The position numbers were made by a program, and so were the translations under genes. DNA of 64,000 nt from an uncultured Gammaproteobacteria bacterium. Lineage in GTDB: Bacteria; Pseudomonadota; Gammaproteobacteria; JASBUN01. The notes beneath the pieces are model-generated. The model saw only the letters and a program-made list of their open reading frames with translations. It was not told the DNA's origin and searched no databases. The DNA lies in assembly GCA_963849825.1 (NCBI GenBank), contig CAWKIK010000002.1, forward strand, positions 19,416 to 83,415. Direction: 5' to 3'. Shown piece by piece: positions 19,959 to 30,092 of the stretch (position 1 is the stretch's first letter; each line of letters starts with the position of its first letter).

Positions 19959-20924
19959 GTGCCAACGCAAACCGAAGACGACCGGATCCGCGGACGTGAG
20001 GCCCGAACACCGCACCAGATCCCGAAGCGCGGCTGGCGTGACATCCTGTTGCGGACCAAAGATCAGATCGGCGCCGACAATTTATCCCTAGTATCGGCCG
20101 GGGTTGCGTTCTACGCGCTGCTGGCGGTATTTCCCGGACTGGCTGCGTCGGTTTCCCTTTACGGCCTGCTCACCAATGGCATGGATATCGAGCGCCAGTT
20201 GCAGAACCTCGCTGTGATGATGCCGCCTGAGGCGCGGCCCGTGTTGCTGGATCAAGTCCATTCGCTCGCTGGAAGTTCCCACGCCGCGCTCGGTATAACC
20301 GCCATCGGCGGCTTGTTGTTGGCACTGTTGAGCGCCATGAAGGGGATAAAAGCCGTGATTACCGCACTTAACATTGCTTACGACGAACGGGAAAAGCGCG
20401 GCTTCATACGGCTCAATATCCTGGCTTTCCTGCTCACGCTGGCATCGGTCGTATTTTTGGTGATCATGCTCAGTCTGGTGGTGGTCGTGCCGGCTGTGGT
20501 GGGTTTACTGCACATTTCCGGGACCCTAGGAACGGTTCTGTCCATGGTGCGCTGGCCGCTTATGCTGGTGGCGGTGCTGGTCGCCCTGAGCGCGTTGTAT
20601 CACTTCGCGCCGAGCCGTAACCATCCTCGTTGGAAATGGGTGAGCTGGGGCTCCATAGTCGCGACCGTGTTGTGGTTGTTGGTCTCGTATGGGTTTTCGA
20701 TTTATGTCGAAAATTTCGGAAACTACAACAAGGTGTACGGTTCGGTGGGCGCGTTGATCGTGTTGCTGATGTGGTTTTACATTTCCGCATATGCGGTGCT
20801 GCTGGGTGCGGAACTGAACGCCGAAATGGAACACCAGACCAAGGTGGATACCACCATCGGCCATCCAAAGCCGATGGGCGAACGTGAGGCATACGTAGCC
20901 GATACGGTAGGGGAGAGCCGATGA
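19959..20924 (+). CDS. YihY/BrkB family membrane protein (formerly 'ribonuclease BN-like')
   Basis: RGWRDILLRTKDQIGADNLSLVSAGVAFYALLAVFP and six-TM architecture typical of YihY. GTG start with GGAAAGAGGA RBS. Confidence 0.8.
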   Translation: MPTQTEDDRIRGREARTPHQIPKRGWRDILLRTKDQIGADNLSLVSAGVAFYALLAVFPGLAASVSLYGLLTNGMDIERQLQNLAVMMPPEARPVLLDQVHSLAGSSHAALGITAIGGLLLALLSAMKGIKAVITALNIAYDEREKRGFIRLNILAFLLTLASVVFLVIMLSLVVVVPAVVGLLHISGTLGTVLSMVRWPLMLVAVLVALSALYHFAPSRNHPRWKWVSWGSIVATVLWLLVSYGFSIYVENFGNYNKVYGSVGALIVLLMWFYISAYAVLLGAELNAEMEHQTKVDTTIGHPKPMGEREAYVADTVGESR

Positions 20925-21742
20925 CGGATTCCGAAGCGCATATCGACGCCTCCGCTGAGCGCGGCGAAACCGGCGCGCTGATGCGGACGTTACGCTGGAT
21001 CGGCAGCCGCGAGCTATCGGTATTGGTTGTTTTGTTCGCGCTGATGGGATCGGTGTGGGGTTTCGTCGAGATCTCCGATGCGGTAGTGGAAGGCGGCACC
21101 AAGAGTTTTGATCACACGGTGTTGTTGGCCATGCGCAACCCGGCCGACCTCAAAGATCCAATCGGTCCGAGCTGGGTCGAGGAGATGGGGCGTGATTTCA
21201 CTGCGTTGGGCAGCATGGGCGTGTTGGCGATGGTGACGTTCGCAGTGGTCGGCTATCTGCTGCTGGACGGAAAACGCCGGCTCGCACTGGTGGTGCTGGT
21301 GGCGACGCTCGGTGCGTTGGGGGCGAGTACCGTCCTTAAAACCGGCTTCGATCGACCCCGGCCGGATCTGGTGCCGCACGGCATGCGCGTCTACACCGCG
21401 AGCTTTCCCAGTGGCCACTCGATGCTCTCAGCAAGCACTTATTTGACACTCGGCGCGCTGTTGGCACGCGTCCAGCGTCGACGCCGGATAAAAGCATACA
21501 TTCTCTTGGTCGCGATCTTTGCGACCTTAGTGGTGGGCGCCAGTCGCGTGTACCTGGGCGTGCATTGGCCCACTGACGTGCTTGGAGGCTGGACAGCGGG
21601 CGCTGGCTGGGCATTGATGTGCTGGCTTTTGGCGCGCTGGTTGCAGCGTCACGGCCAGGTCGAGGACAACGATGCCGCAACGAATGCTGCGTCCACCGGC
21701 CCGCAAACATCGAGAGCGGCTTTTACGGACACGGACGGTTGA
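20921..21742 (+). CDS. PAP2-superfamily phosphatase (phosphatidic acid / undecaprenyl-PP phosphatase-like)
   Basis: PAP2 motifs KTGFDRPRP, PSGHS and SRVYLGVHWPTDV. 4-nt overlap with the yihY-like stop. Confidence 0.85.
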   Translation: MTDSEAHIDASAERGETGALMRTLRWIGSRELSVLVVLFALMGSVWGFVEISDAVVEGGTKSFDHTVLLAMRNPADLKDPIGPSWVEEMGRDFTALGSMGVLAMVTFAVVGYLLLDGKRRLALVVLVATLGALGASTVLKTGFDRPRPDLVPHGMRVYTASFPSGHSMLSASTYLTLGALLARVQRRRRIKAYILLVAIFATLVVGASRVYLGVHWPTDVLGGWTAGAGWALMCWLLARWLQRHGQVEDNDAATNAASTGPQTSRAAFTDTDG

Positions 21743-21766
21743 GCCATCGACATCAAGGAGGTAACC

Positions 21767-22282
21767 ATGAAACACAGACTCTATTTTTTATTGCCGACGG
21801 TCGAGACGGCCAAGGACACGGTTGCGGATCTGCTGCTTTCCCACGTGCAGGAGAAAGATATCCATATCGTCGCCAAGGACCATCACCTGTTGAGACAGCA
21901 TGAATTGCCAGAAGCGGGGCTGATGCATGAGCGCGATATCGTCCCGGCGCTGGAGAAGGGGGTCGCAATGGGCGGCGCCACCGGACTCGTTGCGGGCATC
22001 CTCGCAGTCACCATCCCGGGTGCCGGTCTGGCCCTGGGCGGGAGTGCGATCATTGCAACGACGGTCGCCGGCGCCGGTTTCGGCGCCGTGATGGCGCCGA
22101 TGGTGGGAATTTCCGCGCCCAATGCGCAGATCAAAGAGTTCGAGGAAGCCGTCGAACAGGGGCAATTGTTGATGCTCGTCGACGTTCCGAAGGAACGGAT
22201 CGATGAAGTCACCGATATCATCGCCAAACATCATCCGGAGGTGAAGGTGCGCGGAATCGAACCAAAAAAATTGCCGTACTGA
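21767..22282 (+). CDS. hypothetical membrane protein with Gly-rich transmembrane segment (DUF1269-like)
   Basis: 171 aa with a central GGATGLVAGILAVTIPGAGLALGGSAIIATTVAGAGFGAV segment flanked by soluble regions. Confidence 0.5.
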   Translation: MKHRLYFLLPTVETAKDTVADLLLSHVQEKDIHIVAKDHHLLRQHELPEAGLMHERDIVPALEKGVAMGGATGLVAGILAVTIPGAGLALGGSAIIATTVAGAGFGAVMAPMVGISAPNAQIKEFEEAVEQGQLLMLVDVPKERIDEVTDIIAKHHPEVKVRGIEPKKLPY

Positions 22283-22578
22283 CGGCGGTCGCGAACGGCG
22301 GCCGGGCTCGGATGTCCTCGTACGAATCGTCTCGGGGTGGGGCGCGGCTATGGCTTCGGTCGTCACTGACCGCGTTGCCGACGCTCAACCAAACGGTCTG
22401 GACTTACATTGAGCGTTGATCGCCACCGGCGGCTTGGACGAGTTGGTCGCGCCAGGTATCACCGGCAATCCGACCACATTCGAAGCGGCGGTGCGAACGG
22501 CAATCACTGCGACACGGCGATCGGTCAGATCACCGGCCAGGTGCCCGGCGTCCATAATCGCGAACGGCAGATGGCCGG

Positions 22579-23457
22579 CTAACCGTAGCGCCCTGTAATA
22601 TAGTCTTCCGTCTGCTTGCGCCGCGGGTTGGTGAATACGTCTTCCGTGGCGCCGACTTCGATCAGTTCGCCGAGGTACATGAAGGCGGTGTAATCCGACA
22701 CCCGTGCCGCCTGCTGCATGTTGTGTGTGACGATGACGATCGTATATTCGTCTTTCAATTCAGTGATCAGTTCTTCGATCTTCAGAGTGGAAATCGGATC
22801 CAGGGCCGAGGCAGGTTCGTCCAGCAGCAGCACTTCGGGTTTGACCGCGATGGCCCTGGCAATGCACAGTCGCTGCTGCTGGCCGCCGGACAGCGCCGTG
22901 CCGGTCTGATGCAGCTTGTCTTTGACTTCATCCCACAGGGCAGCCTTGTCCAGCGCCCATTCCACGCGTTCCTGCATCGCCCCCCTGGAAAGGCGTTCAT
23001 AGAGCTTCACGCCGAAGGCGATGTTGTCGTAAATCGACATGGGAAACGGAGTCGGTTTCTGGAACACCATGCCGATGCGTGCCCGCAGTAAATTCAAGTC
23101 CTGCTCCTTGCGCAGCAGATTGACGCCGTCGAGTAGGATCTCGCCGCTTGCCTTCTGCTTCGGGTACAACTCATAGATTCGATTCAGACAGCGCAATAAG
23201 GTCGATTTGCCGCATCCGGACGGGCCGATGAATGCCGTGATCCGGTTGGTGTGCATATCCAGCGAAATGTCCTTGAGAGCATGGAACGCGCCGTAATGAA
23301 AATTCAGGTTGCGCACCGCGAGCTTGGCGGTAGCGCTTTCCTGCACCCGCGGCGCCGGCTGCAACGGCGGTTTCGCGACCCGGGTATTCGATTCATTGGG
23401 CTGTTTGATCCGAACCGCGGGCGAAGCGAGTTCCTCTTGGGGTCGATCGTGGTTCAT
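22579..23457 (-). CDS. pstB: phosphate ABC transporter ATP-binding protein
   Basis: Walker [24 protein letters not shown] signature, Walker [12 protein letters not shown], and PstB-typical C-terminus. Start taken at the Met giving a 1-nt overlap with pstA. Confidence 0.92.
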   Translation of the reverse strand: MNHDRPQEELASPAVRIKQPNESNTRVAKPPLQPAPRVQESATAKLAVRNLNFHYGAFHALKDISLDMHTNRITAFIGPSGCGKSTLLRCLNRIYELYPKQKASGEILLDGVNLLRKEQDLNLLRARIGMVFQKPTPFPMSIYDNIAFGVKLYERLSRGAMQERVEWALDKAALWDEVKDKLHQTGTALSGGQQQRLCIARAIAVKPEVLLLDEPASALDPISTLKIEELITELKDEYTIVIVTHNMQQAARVSDYTAFMYLGELIEVGATEDVFTNPRRKQTEDYITGRYG

Positions 23458-24305
23458 CAGTAGGTTCCCATGCCGCGCCTGCGTAGCAGGACTCTGGACA
23501 AGATGTTCAGCACCAGAATACTGAACGTGATCAACAAGGCGCCGGCCCAAGCCAGATGTTGCCAATCTTCATAGGGGCTCATGGCAAACTGAAAAATGAC
23601 CACTGGCAGGTTCGCGATCGGTTCACTCAGAGAGGTACTCCAGAATTGGTTGTTCAGTGCTGTAAACAGCAGCGGCGCGGTTTCACCGCTGACCCGAGCC
23701 ACCGCCAGCATCACACCGGTGAGGATGCCGGCCCGCGCGGCCCGGTAGACGATCTTGACAATGATCTTCCATCGCGGTGCACCCAATGCGGCGGCCGCCT
23801 CGCGCAAGCTATCGGGTACCAGACGTAGCATATCTTCGGTGGTGCGCACGACGACCGGCAGCACGATCAGCGCCAACGCGAGTGCGCCCGCCCAACCGGA
23901 GAAATGACCGGTGGAAACCACTACCAAAGCATAGATAAATACGCCAATGATGATGGACGGTGCACTCAAAAGAATGTCGTTGAGAAAGCGCACCACGGAG
24001 GCGATGGCGGTACCGCGGCCATACTCCGACAGGAACGTACCGGCGAGGATTCCGGACGGAGCGCCAATCAGCGTGCCAAGTCCGGTGAGCATGAGGCTGC
24101 CGACGATGGCGTTGGCCAGGCCGCCGCTGCTGCCGGGCGGCGGGGTGCTCTCAGTGAATACGGACCAGTCGATCCATTGCAAGCCGTAACTGAGCAGCGT
24201 CCATAGCAACCACGCCAGCCAAAACAAGCCGAATGCGGTAGCCAGCGCCGATACGGTCAGGTTGAAGGCGTTTACGATACGCCGCTTGGTGTAGAGGTTG
24301 AACAT
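23457..24305 (-). CDS. pstA: phosphate ABC transporter permease PstA
   Basis: 282-aa six-TM permease with the EAA-like loop. Operon order pstS-C-A-B. Confidence 0.9.
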   Translation of the reverse strand: MFNLYTKRRIVNAFNLTVSALATAFGLFWLAWLLWTLLSYGLQWIDWSVFTESTPPPGSSGGLANAIVGSLMLTGLGTLIGAPSGILAGTFLSEYGRGTAIASVVRFLNDILLSAPSIIIGVFIYALVVVSTGHFSGWAGALALALIVLPVVVRTTEDMLRLVPDSLREAAAALGAPRWKIIVKIVYRAARAGILTGVMLAVARVSGETAPLLFTALNNQFWSTSLSEPIANLPVVIFQFAMSPYEDWQHLAWAGALLITFSILVLNILSRVLLRRRGMGTY

Positions 24306-24311
24306 GGTCGC

Positions 24312-25319
24312 CTAGGTGGTTTTGCCTTCACGCGCAGTCAGGCGCATGAGCATCAATTTCGCTGCTGCCAGCACGATGAACGTGATCACGAACAAAATCA
24401 GACCGAGTTCGATCAACGCCGCGCTGTAGGTTTCCCCGACCGCTTCGGTAAATTCGTTGGCAAGGGTCGAGGAAATGGTATTGCCGGGCATGAACAAAGA
24501 GGCACTGATGGCATGGGCGTTGCCGATCACAAAGGTCACCGCCATGGTCTCACCCAGCGCGCGGCCCAGTCCGAGCATTACGCCGCCCACTACGCCCACT
24601 TTGGTGTAGGGGAGCACCACGTAACGCACGACCTCCCACGTAGTGGAGCCGAGTGCGTACGCGGATTCCTTGAGTACGCCCGGCACGATCTCGAATACGT
24701 CGCGCATCACCGCGGTCATGAACGGAATCACCATGATCGCCAGGATCAGGCCGGCGGTGAACATGCCGATGCCCATCGGGGGTCCCTGGAATAAGGCGCC
24801 GATCAGCGGCCAATCGCCGAGATGGTCGGTGACCCACGGTTGGACGTGGTCGGCGAACAGCGGCGCGAATACGAACAGGCCCCACATGCCGTAGATGATG
24901 CTGGGAATCGCCGCCAACAGTTCGATCGCCACACCCAAGGGGCGCTTCAGCCACACCGGGCACAACTCGGTAATGAACACGGCGATACCGAAGCTCACTG
25001 GAATACCAATCAGCATTGCCAGGGCCGAGGTGGCCAGGGTGCCGAATATGGGCACGAGGGCGCCGAACTGTTCGGTGACCGGGTTCCACTCTTTACTGAT
25101 TAGAAATCCGAACCCGAACTTCTCGAGAGAGGGCAGCGCGCCCACCAGCAACGTCACGATGATGCCGGTGATGATGATCAGCACCAGGGTGGCGAACAGC
25201 ACCGTGGATTGGCGGAACACGCGGTCCAGCAATGCGCCGCGACTAGCGCGCCCGGCGACTTTCGAGGATGATGGGCCGCCCTGAGGACCGTCTGTTGCTA
25301 GCGCTAAATCTTTCGCCAT
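24312..25319 (-). CDS. pstC: phosphate ABC transporter permease PstC
   Basis: 335-aa permease located between pstS and pstA. Confidence 0.9.
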   Translation of the reverse strand: MAKDLALATDGPQGGPSSSKVAGRASRGALLDRVFRQSTVLFATLVLIIITGIIVTLLVGALPSLEKFGFGFLISKEWNPVTEQFGALVPIFGTLATSALAMLIGIPVSFGIAVFITELCPVWLKRPLGVAIELLAAIPSIIYGMWGLFVFAPLFADHVQPWVTDHLGDWPLIGALFQGPPMGIGMFTAGLILAIMVIPFMTAVMRDVFEIVPGVLKESAYALGSTTWEVVRYVVLPYTKVGVVGGVMLGLGRALGETMAVTFVIGNAHAISASLFMPGNTISSTLANEFTEAVGETYSAALIELGLILFVITFIVLAAAKLMLMRLTAREGKTT

Positions 25320-25416
25320 GTGGTGTGTCCATCATGCGTACGGAGGCGCCCCCGAGGGAAGCGCCTCCGTACGTGCGCGGCGGCCAGCGCCGCGCGGATC
25401 TGAAAAATGAAAGTGG

Positions 25417-26502
25417 CTATTGTACCTGACGTGCCACCTTTTGCGTCCAGATCGGACTGCCATCCGGGCCGGCGACTTTCTCCTGCCAGGTTTTTTCAAC
25501 CAATTCCACGACTTTGGGTGGCATCGGAACATAGTCCAGCTTTTCCGCCATCTTATCCCCGTTGTGGTACGACCAGTCGAAGAACTTCAGCACCGCCGCG
25601 GCCGTAGCCGGGTCCTGCTGCTGTTTGTACACCAGGATGAAGCTTGCACCGGTGATCGGCCAGCTTTCTTTACCCGGCTGATCGGTGAGGACCATATAGA
25701 ATCCGGGCGCATTGTTCCAGTCCGCATTGGCAGCCGCCGCCTGGAAGGTCTTGCTGTTGGGCTCGACATATTCGCCGGCCTGATTGCGCAGCTTGACGTG
25801 GGCCATCTTGTTCTGCAGGGCATAGGCGTATTCCACGTAGCCGATCGACCCATCGATACGTTTCACATAGGACGCAACGCCCTCGTTGCCTTTACCGCCG
25901 ACGCCGGCCGGCCAGGCAACGGACTTGTCATTGCCGACCTTGCTCTTCCAGTCGTCGCTGACTTTGGACAGGTAGTTGGTGAAGATCCAGGTAGTGCCCG
26001 AACCGTCGGAACGATGCACGACGGTAATTGCCTTGCTCGGCAGTTTGAGGTCGGCGTTGTCCTGCTTGATTTTCGGATCGTCCCATTTCTTGATTTTACC
26101 GAGGAAAATGTCGGCCAGGACTTCGTTGCTCAGATGCAGATCGCCACCCTTTACACCTTTAATGTGGACTACGGGTACGACACCGCCCATGATCATCGGA
26201 AACTGCATCAAGCCGGCCTTGTCGAGTTCTTCCGCCTTGAGCGGTGCGTCGGACGCGCCGAAGTCGACGGTCTTGGCTTTGATCTGTTTGATGCCGCCGC
26301 CGGAGCCGATGGATTGATAGTTCATCTTGACGCCGGTCTTCTTGGCATAGGCGTCGGCCCACTTGGCGTAGACCGGATAGGGGAAGGTGGCGCCTGCGCC
26401 CGAGATCGACTGCGGTTCGCCCGCGGCAGCGGTGTGCGCGGCCAACGCGAACGAAACGATCGCAGCTCCAGTGAGCACTGACTTGGCGATGCGTGTAAGC
26501 AT
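25417..26502 (-). CDS. pstS: phosphate ABC transporter substrate-binding protein PstS
   Basis: Signal peptide followed by GAGATFPYPVYAKWA...SIGSGGGIKQ, the PstS signature. GAGGAG RBS 10 nt upstream of the chosen ATG (internal Met of tool ORF 25417-26619). Confidence 0.9.
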   Translation of the reverse strand: MLTRIAKSVLTGAAIVSFALAAHTAAAGEPQSISGAGATFPYPVYAKWADAYAKKTGVKMNYQSIGSGGGIKQIKAKTVDFGASDAPLKAEELDKAGLMQFPMIMGGVVPVVHIKGVKGGDLHLSNEVLADIFLGKIKKWDDPKIKQDNADLKLPSKAITVVHRSDGSGTTWIFTNYLSKVSDDWKSKVGNDKSVAWPAGVGGKGNEGVASYVKRIDGSIGYVEYAYALQNKMAHVKLRNQAGEYVEPNSKTFQAAAANADWNNAPGFYMVLTDQPGKESWPITGASFILVYKQQQDPATAAAVLKFFDWSYHNGDKMAEKLDYVPMPPKVVELVEKTWQEKVAGPDGSPIWTQKVARQVQ

Positions 26503-26612
26503 GGTTTTAGGTCTCCTCGCGGTGTGTGAACAAATTTTTTCGGCGATCATCCCGACTGCCGGTCTCGAAACGTGTGCTGGAACGTTCATGTGGCGCAGTG
26601 TAGGGTGGTTTC

Positions 26613-26630
26613 GTGACATTAATGTGTCAG
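26613..26630 (-). promoter_or_regulatory. Pho box (PhoB-binding site) candidate 1 upstream of pstS
   Basis: On the pstS strand this reads CTGACAC-ATTA-ATGTCAC: two 7-nt direct repeats resembling the CTGTCAT consensus separated by a 4-nt AT spacer. Confidence 0.55.
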
Positions 26631-26668
26631 GCGCCGGGACATCATGGGAGCCAGTGTAGGAACGCAGT

Positions 26669-26686
26669 GTGACAGTATTGTGTCAG
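26669..26686 (-). promoter_or_regulatory. Pho box candidate 2 upstream of pstS
   Basis: On the pstS strand this reads CTGACAC-AATA-CTGTCAC, with the same architecture 56 bp upstream of box 1. Confidence 0.55.
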
Positions 26687-26943
26687 CTAGGATTTCCCTG
26701 CCGCGCGAGCGCGCTATCCGACCTTCAAACTGTTTCAAGTTGTTGCCATAAGCCGTTGTTCCGATTGTGATCGAAGCCTGTTTTGGTTAGGGTGATGTGC
26801 TTGCTTGCCAGTCTGGCAGGGATGGTTAGAGGATCTATATTGGAATGGCACCGAGCGTCGCACGAATCTGGGCGAAACGATTTGCTGAGCGCCCTCGTCT
26901 ACGGCATTTGCAACTACAGGACTGGGTATAAGGAGACCTGAAT

Positions 26944-27240
26944 ATGACGGACACCAAACGCGATCAACTTTCCCGAAGGGGTTTACTCAAGATCGGTGCA
27001 GCGGCCGTTGCCGGCGCCGTCATGCTGCCGATTCTGGGCATGAAAAGCGCATCGGCAGCGACTAAGGCGTCGAAACAGGCGATGCAGTATCAGGACAAGC
27101 CCAAAGACGGGAAAAAATGCGTGGATTGTACGCAATATATTCCCGCAGACTCCAAGGGCGCAATGGGTAAGTGCAAGGTCGTCGAAGGCGATATCAGCCC
27201 CGAGGGCTGGTGCATTGCGTTCGCGCCCAAAAGCAGCTGA
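26944..27240 (+). CDS. hip: high-potential iron-sulfur protein (HiPIP) with Tat signal
   Basis: SRRGLLKIGAAAVAGA twin-arginine signal. Cys ligands in HiPIP spacing: KCVDCTQY...GKCKV...EGWC. Confidence 0.8.
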   Translation: MTDTKRDQLSRRGLLKIGAAAVAGAVMLPILGMKSASAATKASKQAMQYQDKPKDGKKCVDCTQYIPADSKGAMGKCKVVEGDISPEGWCIAFAPKSS

Positions 27241-27402
27241 TGCCGCCGGGCGTTGTTTCGGGCCGCCGGCTCCGCAATTGAACTGTTTTTTTGACGGGCC
27301 TTCGGGCCCGTCGTTCGTTTTGAGCGGGCTATCTGCGGTGGCTGTCAGGACCGCGTCCGCTACCAAAACATGGAAGTGATACCAACAAGCAGCGTGTTTT
27401 AA

Positions 27403-28452
27403 ATGGAACCCGAGCCGACTCTCAGGAAGTCCGACTTTCTGCGCCGAACCCTCGCGGCGGCGGCAATCGTCAGCCTGTTCGCCGTGTTGCTGATGCTGAC
27501 ATGGCAAGCGATCGAAGTGCTGTTGCTGTTTTTCGCCGGTATTCTGCTCGGCGTCGGCCTGCGCGGCATCGCGGACAGCCTGCATCACAAATTGCGCATG
27601 CCCGAGTGGAGTGCGTTGCTTGTCGCCGTCCTCGGCTTCTTCGTGATCCTGGGAGTGGCGGCGTGGATACTGGGGCCTCATTTGGTGCAGGGCATCGAAC
27701 GGCTGAGCGATGACATTCCCCAATCGGTAGCGCAGTTGGACCAGAAGCTGCAACACGTCGAGTGGTTGCAGAGGGCCATTCATCGGGCAACGGACTCGTT
27801 CGGAGATGGCATCAAGCATCGTTTGGTATCCCGCCTGGCTGGCATGTTCTCCACTGCTTTGGGCGGATTGACGGGATTTCTGATCATCATCGCCATCGGT
27901 GTCTACCTGAGTATCAATCCGAAGCTTTACGTCAACGGCGTAATCCGACTGGCGCCCGTGCGCTATCGTCAGCGTCTGCGCCAAGTGATATCCGCGCAAG
28001 GACACAGTCTGCGCTGGTGGCTCCTCGGGCGCATCAGCTCCATGACTGTGGTGGGCATCCTGACATGGGCGGGCCTGATGATTCTGGGGATTCCGCTGGC
28101 GTTTACGTTGGCCGTAATAGCCGGGTTGCTATCTTTCGTGCCCAATATCGGGCCGATCCTGTCGGCGCTGCCGGCGGTGTTGGTCGGGCTATCGGTCAGC
28201 CCGATCATGGCGGTCTATGTCATCGGCGTCTATGTCCTGGTGCAGACAGTCGAAAGCTATCTGATTACGCCGTTCATTCAGCAGCGTGCCGTGGCCATGC
28301 CGCCGGCATTGTTACTGATCGTGCAGCTGATCATGGGTGTTTGGGTCGGCGTGATCGGCATTTTTTTGGCCACGCCGCTCACGGTTGCGCTCATGGTGGC
28401 CGTGCGGATGCTGTATATCGAGGATGTGCTTGGCGACACGGACATGGGTTGA
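27403..28452 (+). CDS. AI-2E family transporter (PerM/YhhT/UPF0118)
   Basis: 349-aa polytopic membrane protein with the conserved FVPNIGPILSALPAVLVGL segment. Confidence 0.8.
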   Translation: MEPEPTLRKSDFLRRTLAAAAIVSLFAVLLMLTWQAIEVLLLFFAGILLGVGLRGIADSLHHKLRMPEWSALLVAVLGFFVILGVAAWILGPHLVQGIERLSDDIPQSVAQLDQKLQHVEWLQRAIHRATDSFGDGIKHRLVSRLAGMFSTALGGLTGFLIIIAIGVYLSINPKLYVNGVIRLAPVRYRQRLRQVISAQGHSLRWWLLGRISSMTVVGILTWAGLMILGIPLAFTLAVIAGLLSFVPNIGPILSALPAVLVGLSVSPIMAVYVIGVYVLVQTVESYLITPFIQQRAVAMPPALLLIVQLIMGVWVGVIGIFLATPLTVALMVAVRMLYIEDVLGDTDMG

Positions 28453-28636
28453 CCGGGGATCGGCCCGCATCGTCCGAGCTGCGATCTTTTTCGACCCAGA
28501 GAAATTTTCACGTGTGTAGTGGAAGCAGAGTTTCTCCGCCCTATAGTGAAAAGCAGCGCCGGTGCGCGGCTAGCAGCTCGCTGTGAGCGGCTAAAAAAAC
28601 CAAAGTCGTCGTTCTGTTGGTTGAGGGGAAACTGCA

Positions 28637-28828
28637 ATGGATCTGATCAGCGTGACCGAGCAGGTGATGAAGATCGCCGGACTTACCGAGCAAGAAGAAT
28701 CAGTACTGCGTTCCAAATACCGCCTGGATGGTGCAAGGCAAGTGGCGTTGAACCAGGAACAACGCGACCAGACCGAAGCCATCGCATTGCGGAAATTGCA
28801 AAAAGTCGACTTCTCAATCTATATCTAA
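28637..28828 (+). CDS. small protein resembling sigma-70 region 4 (hypothetical)
   Basis: 63 aa. LTEQEESVLRSKYRLDG...EAIALRKLQK resembles region 4.2 (LTxRExxVLrlRfGLDdG...EAkALRKLr), but the HTH core appears shortened. Confidence 0.35.
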   Translation: MDLISVTEQVMKIAGLTEQEESVLRSKYRLDGARQVALNQEQRDQTEAIALRKLQKVDFSIYI

Positions 28829-29345
28829 TTGCATAGGTTCGCGGCTGGCCCCATCGCGGCGCCAGTTCGCCGCGCGGACGGAGGGCCGGGAAGTCCAATG
28901 TGAGCCCCCTCCGAACCGAGGCGGTCGCACGGCCATCAAGCTTGGTGAGGTCCGGCCGCTGCCTGGACATGCCGGTTTGCGACTGTCAAAATGCGCGTGC
29001 CGCGGCGGAACCAGACGTGCGGTCGGTGCTCGAGGCCAGAGCGGTTGAATGGAGCGTGATCCGGGGACTTGTCCCGCGGAAAGCGGCAGCGAAGCGCCGC
29101 TGCGATCGAAGTGACGTCGACGCACGTTCCGTCGATCGTCCGCGTTGAAGCATGACTCTTTTCGCAATTCCATTCCATGCGGCGTGGTTTTCGCCCGCAA
29201 AACCCAGAGAATGCTGGCGCGTATCCGCGAACCATGTTCCCAACTCAGTGACAAACACGAAAATCAGTATCCGCAAGCAACTTCTTTCGCGCACTGCTCG
29301 TGATCCGTCTTGCGCCATCGCAATCCCCGTCGTTGGCGCGCACTC

Positions 29346-30086
29346 ATGACCTACAGCCCAGAACTTTTGATCATCGTTCCGCTGGTTGTATTTACCGCGT
29401 ATGTCGTGTACGGATTGTCGGGCTTCGGGTCAGCCCTGGTGAATGTCTCGATACTGGCTCACTTTCTACCCTTGACCATCGTCGTCCCGGCGAGCCTGCT
29501 GCTGGATTTTTCCGCCGCAGCGATGGTAGGCACCCGTTTTCGAGGTGACGCGCAGTGGCGCGAACTCGCATTCATCGCGCCATTCGTTTTGACCGGCATG
29601 GTGGCGGGGGTCATGCTGTTGATCCGTCTGCCGCGGGATCAGGCACTTCTCGGTCTGGGCTTGTTGATCGGATTCTACGGAGCTTACACGCTTGCCCGTC
29701 CTCAGCGGTTATCGGTCATCAGCCGCATCTGGGGCGTGCCCATGTGTCTGGTCGGAGGCGCGCTCAGTGGCTTGTTCGGCACCGGCGGCCCGGTCTACGT
29801 GATCTACCTGAGCCGGCGCATTCTCGAGCCTATGCAATTGAAGGCCAGCTTGGCCACGTTATTGGCGGCGCACGGATCCATACGCATCGTCATGTACCTC
29901 GTCACCGGTTTGCTGCTGCAAAAGGAAGTGCTGCTGGGCGCGCTCGCGATGTTTCCCATCATGTGGATCGCGATGCGCCTGGGCGTGCGGCTGCATGCGC
30001 GCCTGTCGCCGGACCGCGTGATTCAGGTGATGTCGCTGGTGCTGATGGTAACCGGCATCACGCTGGTTTTGCGCGCCGTGGTTTGA
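29346..30086 (+). CDS. TauE/SafE family sulfite/anion exporter (DUF81)
   Basis: Two-repeat 4+4 TM architecture with GFGSALVNV and GLFGTGGPVYVIYL motifs. Start at MTYSPELLIIV. Confidence 0.75.
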   Translation: MTYSPELLIIVPLVVFTAYVVYGLSGFGSALVNVSILAHFLPLTIVVPASLLLDFSAAAMVGTRFRGDAQWRELAFIAPFVLTGMVAGVMLLIRLPRDQALLGLGLLIGFYGAYTLARPQRLSVISRIWGVPMCLVGGALSGLFGTGGPVYVIYLSRRILEPMQLKASLATLLAAHGSIRIVMYLVTGLLLQKEVLLGALAMFPIMWIAMRLGVRLHARLSPDRVIQVMSLVLMVTGITLVLRAVV

Positions 30087-30092
30087 TGGCGC

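Noticed and set aside
26387-26659. + strand ORF overlapping the pstS 5' end and Pho-box region
   Set aside because: It is antisense to the pstS N-terminus and promoter, with Cys/Ala-rich composition. Not a gene.
26841-26863. TGGCACcgagcgTCGCA upstream of the HiPIP gene as a sigma54 promoter
   Set aside because: GG to GC spacing is 11 rather than 10 and the -12 element is TCGCA rather than TTGCW, so it is too weak to report.
28840-28960. GGAGGGCCGGGAAGTCC...CCCCTCC segment superficially resembling the RNase P RNA 'GGAAAGTCCGGGCTCC' element
   Set aside because: Only a short partial resemblance. No other conserved RNase P, 6S or tmRNA elements were visible by eye, so it was kept as an unspecified structured-RNA possibility within the gap finding.
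28814-29254. 146-aa and 110-aa minus-strand ORFs in the 0.9 kb gap
   Set aside because: Arg/Pro/Ser-rich composition with no hydrophobic core pattern. They overlap each other in different frames and are not protein-like.
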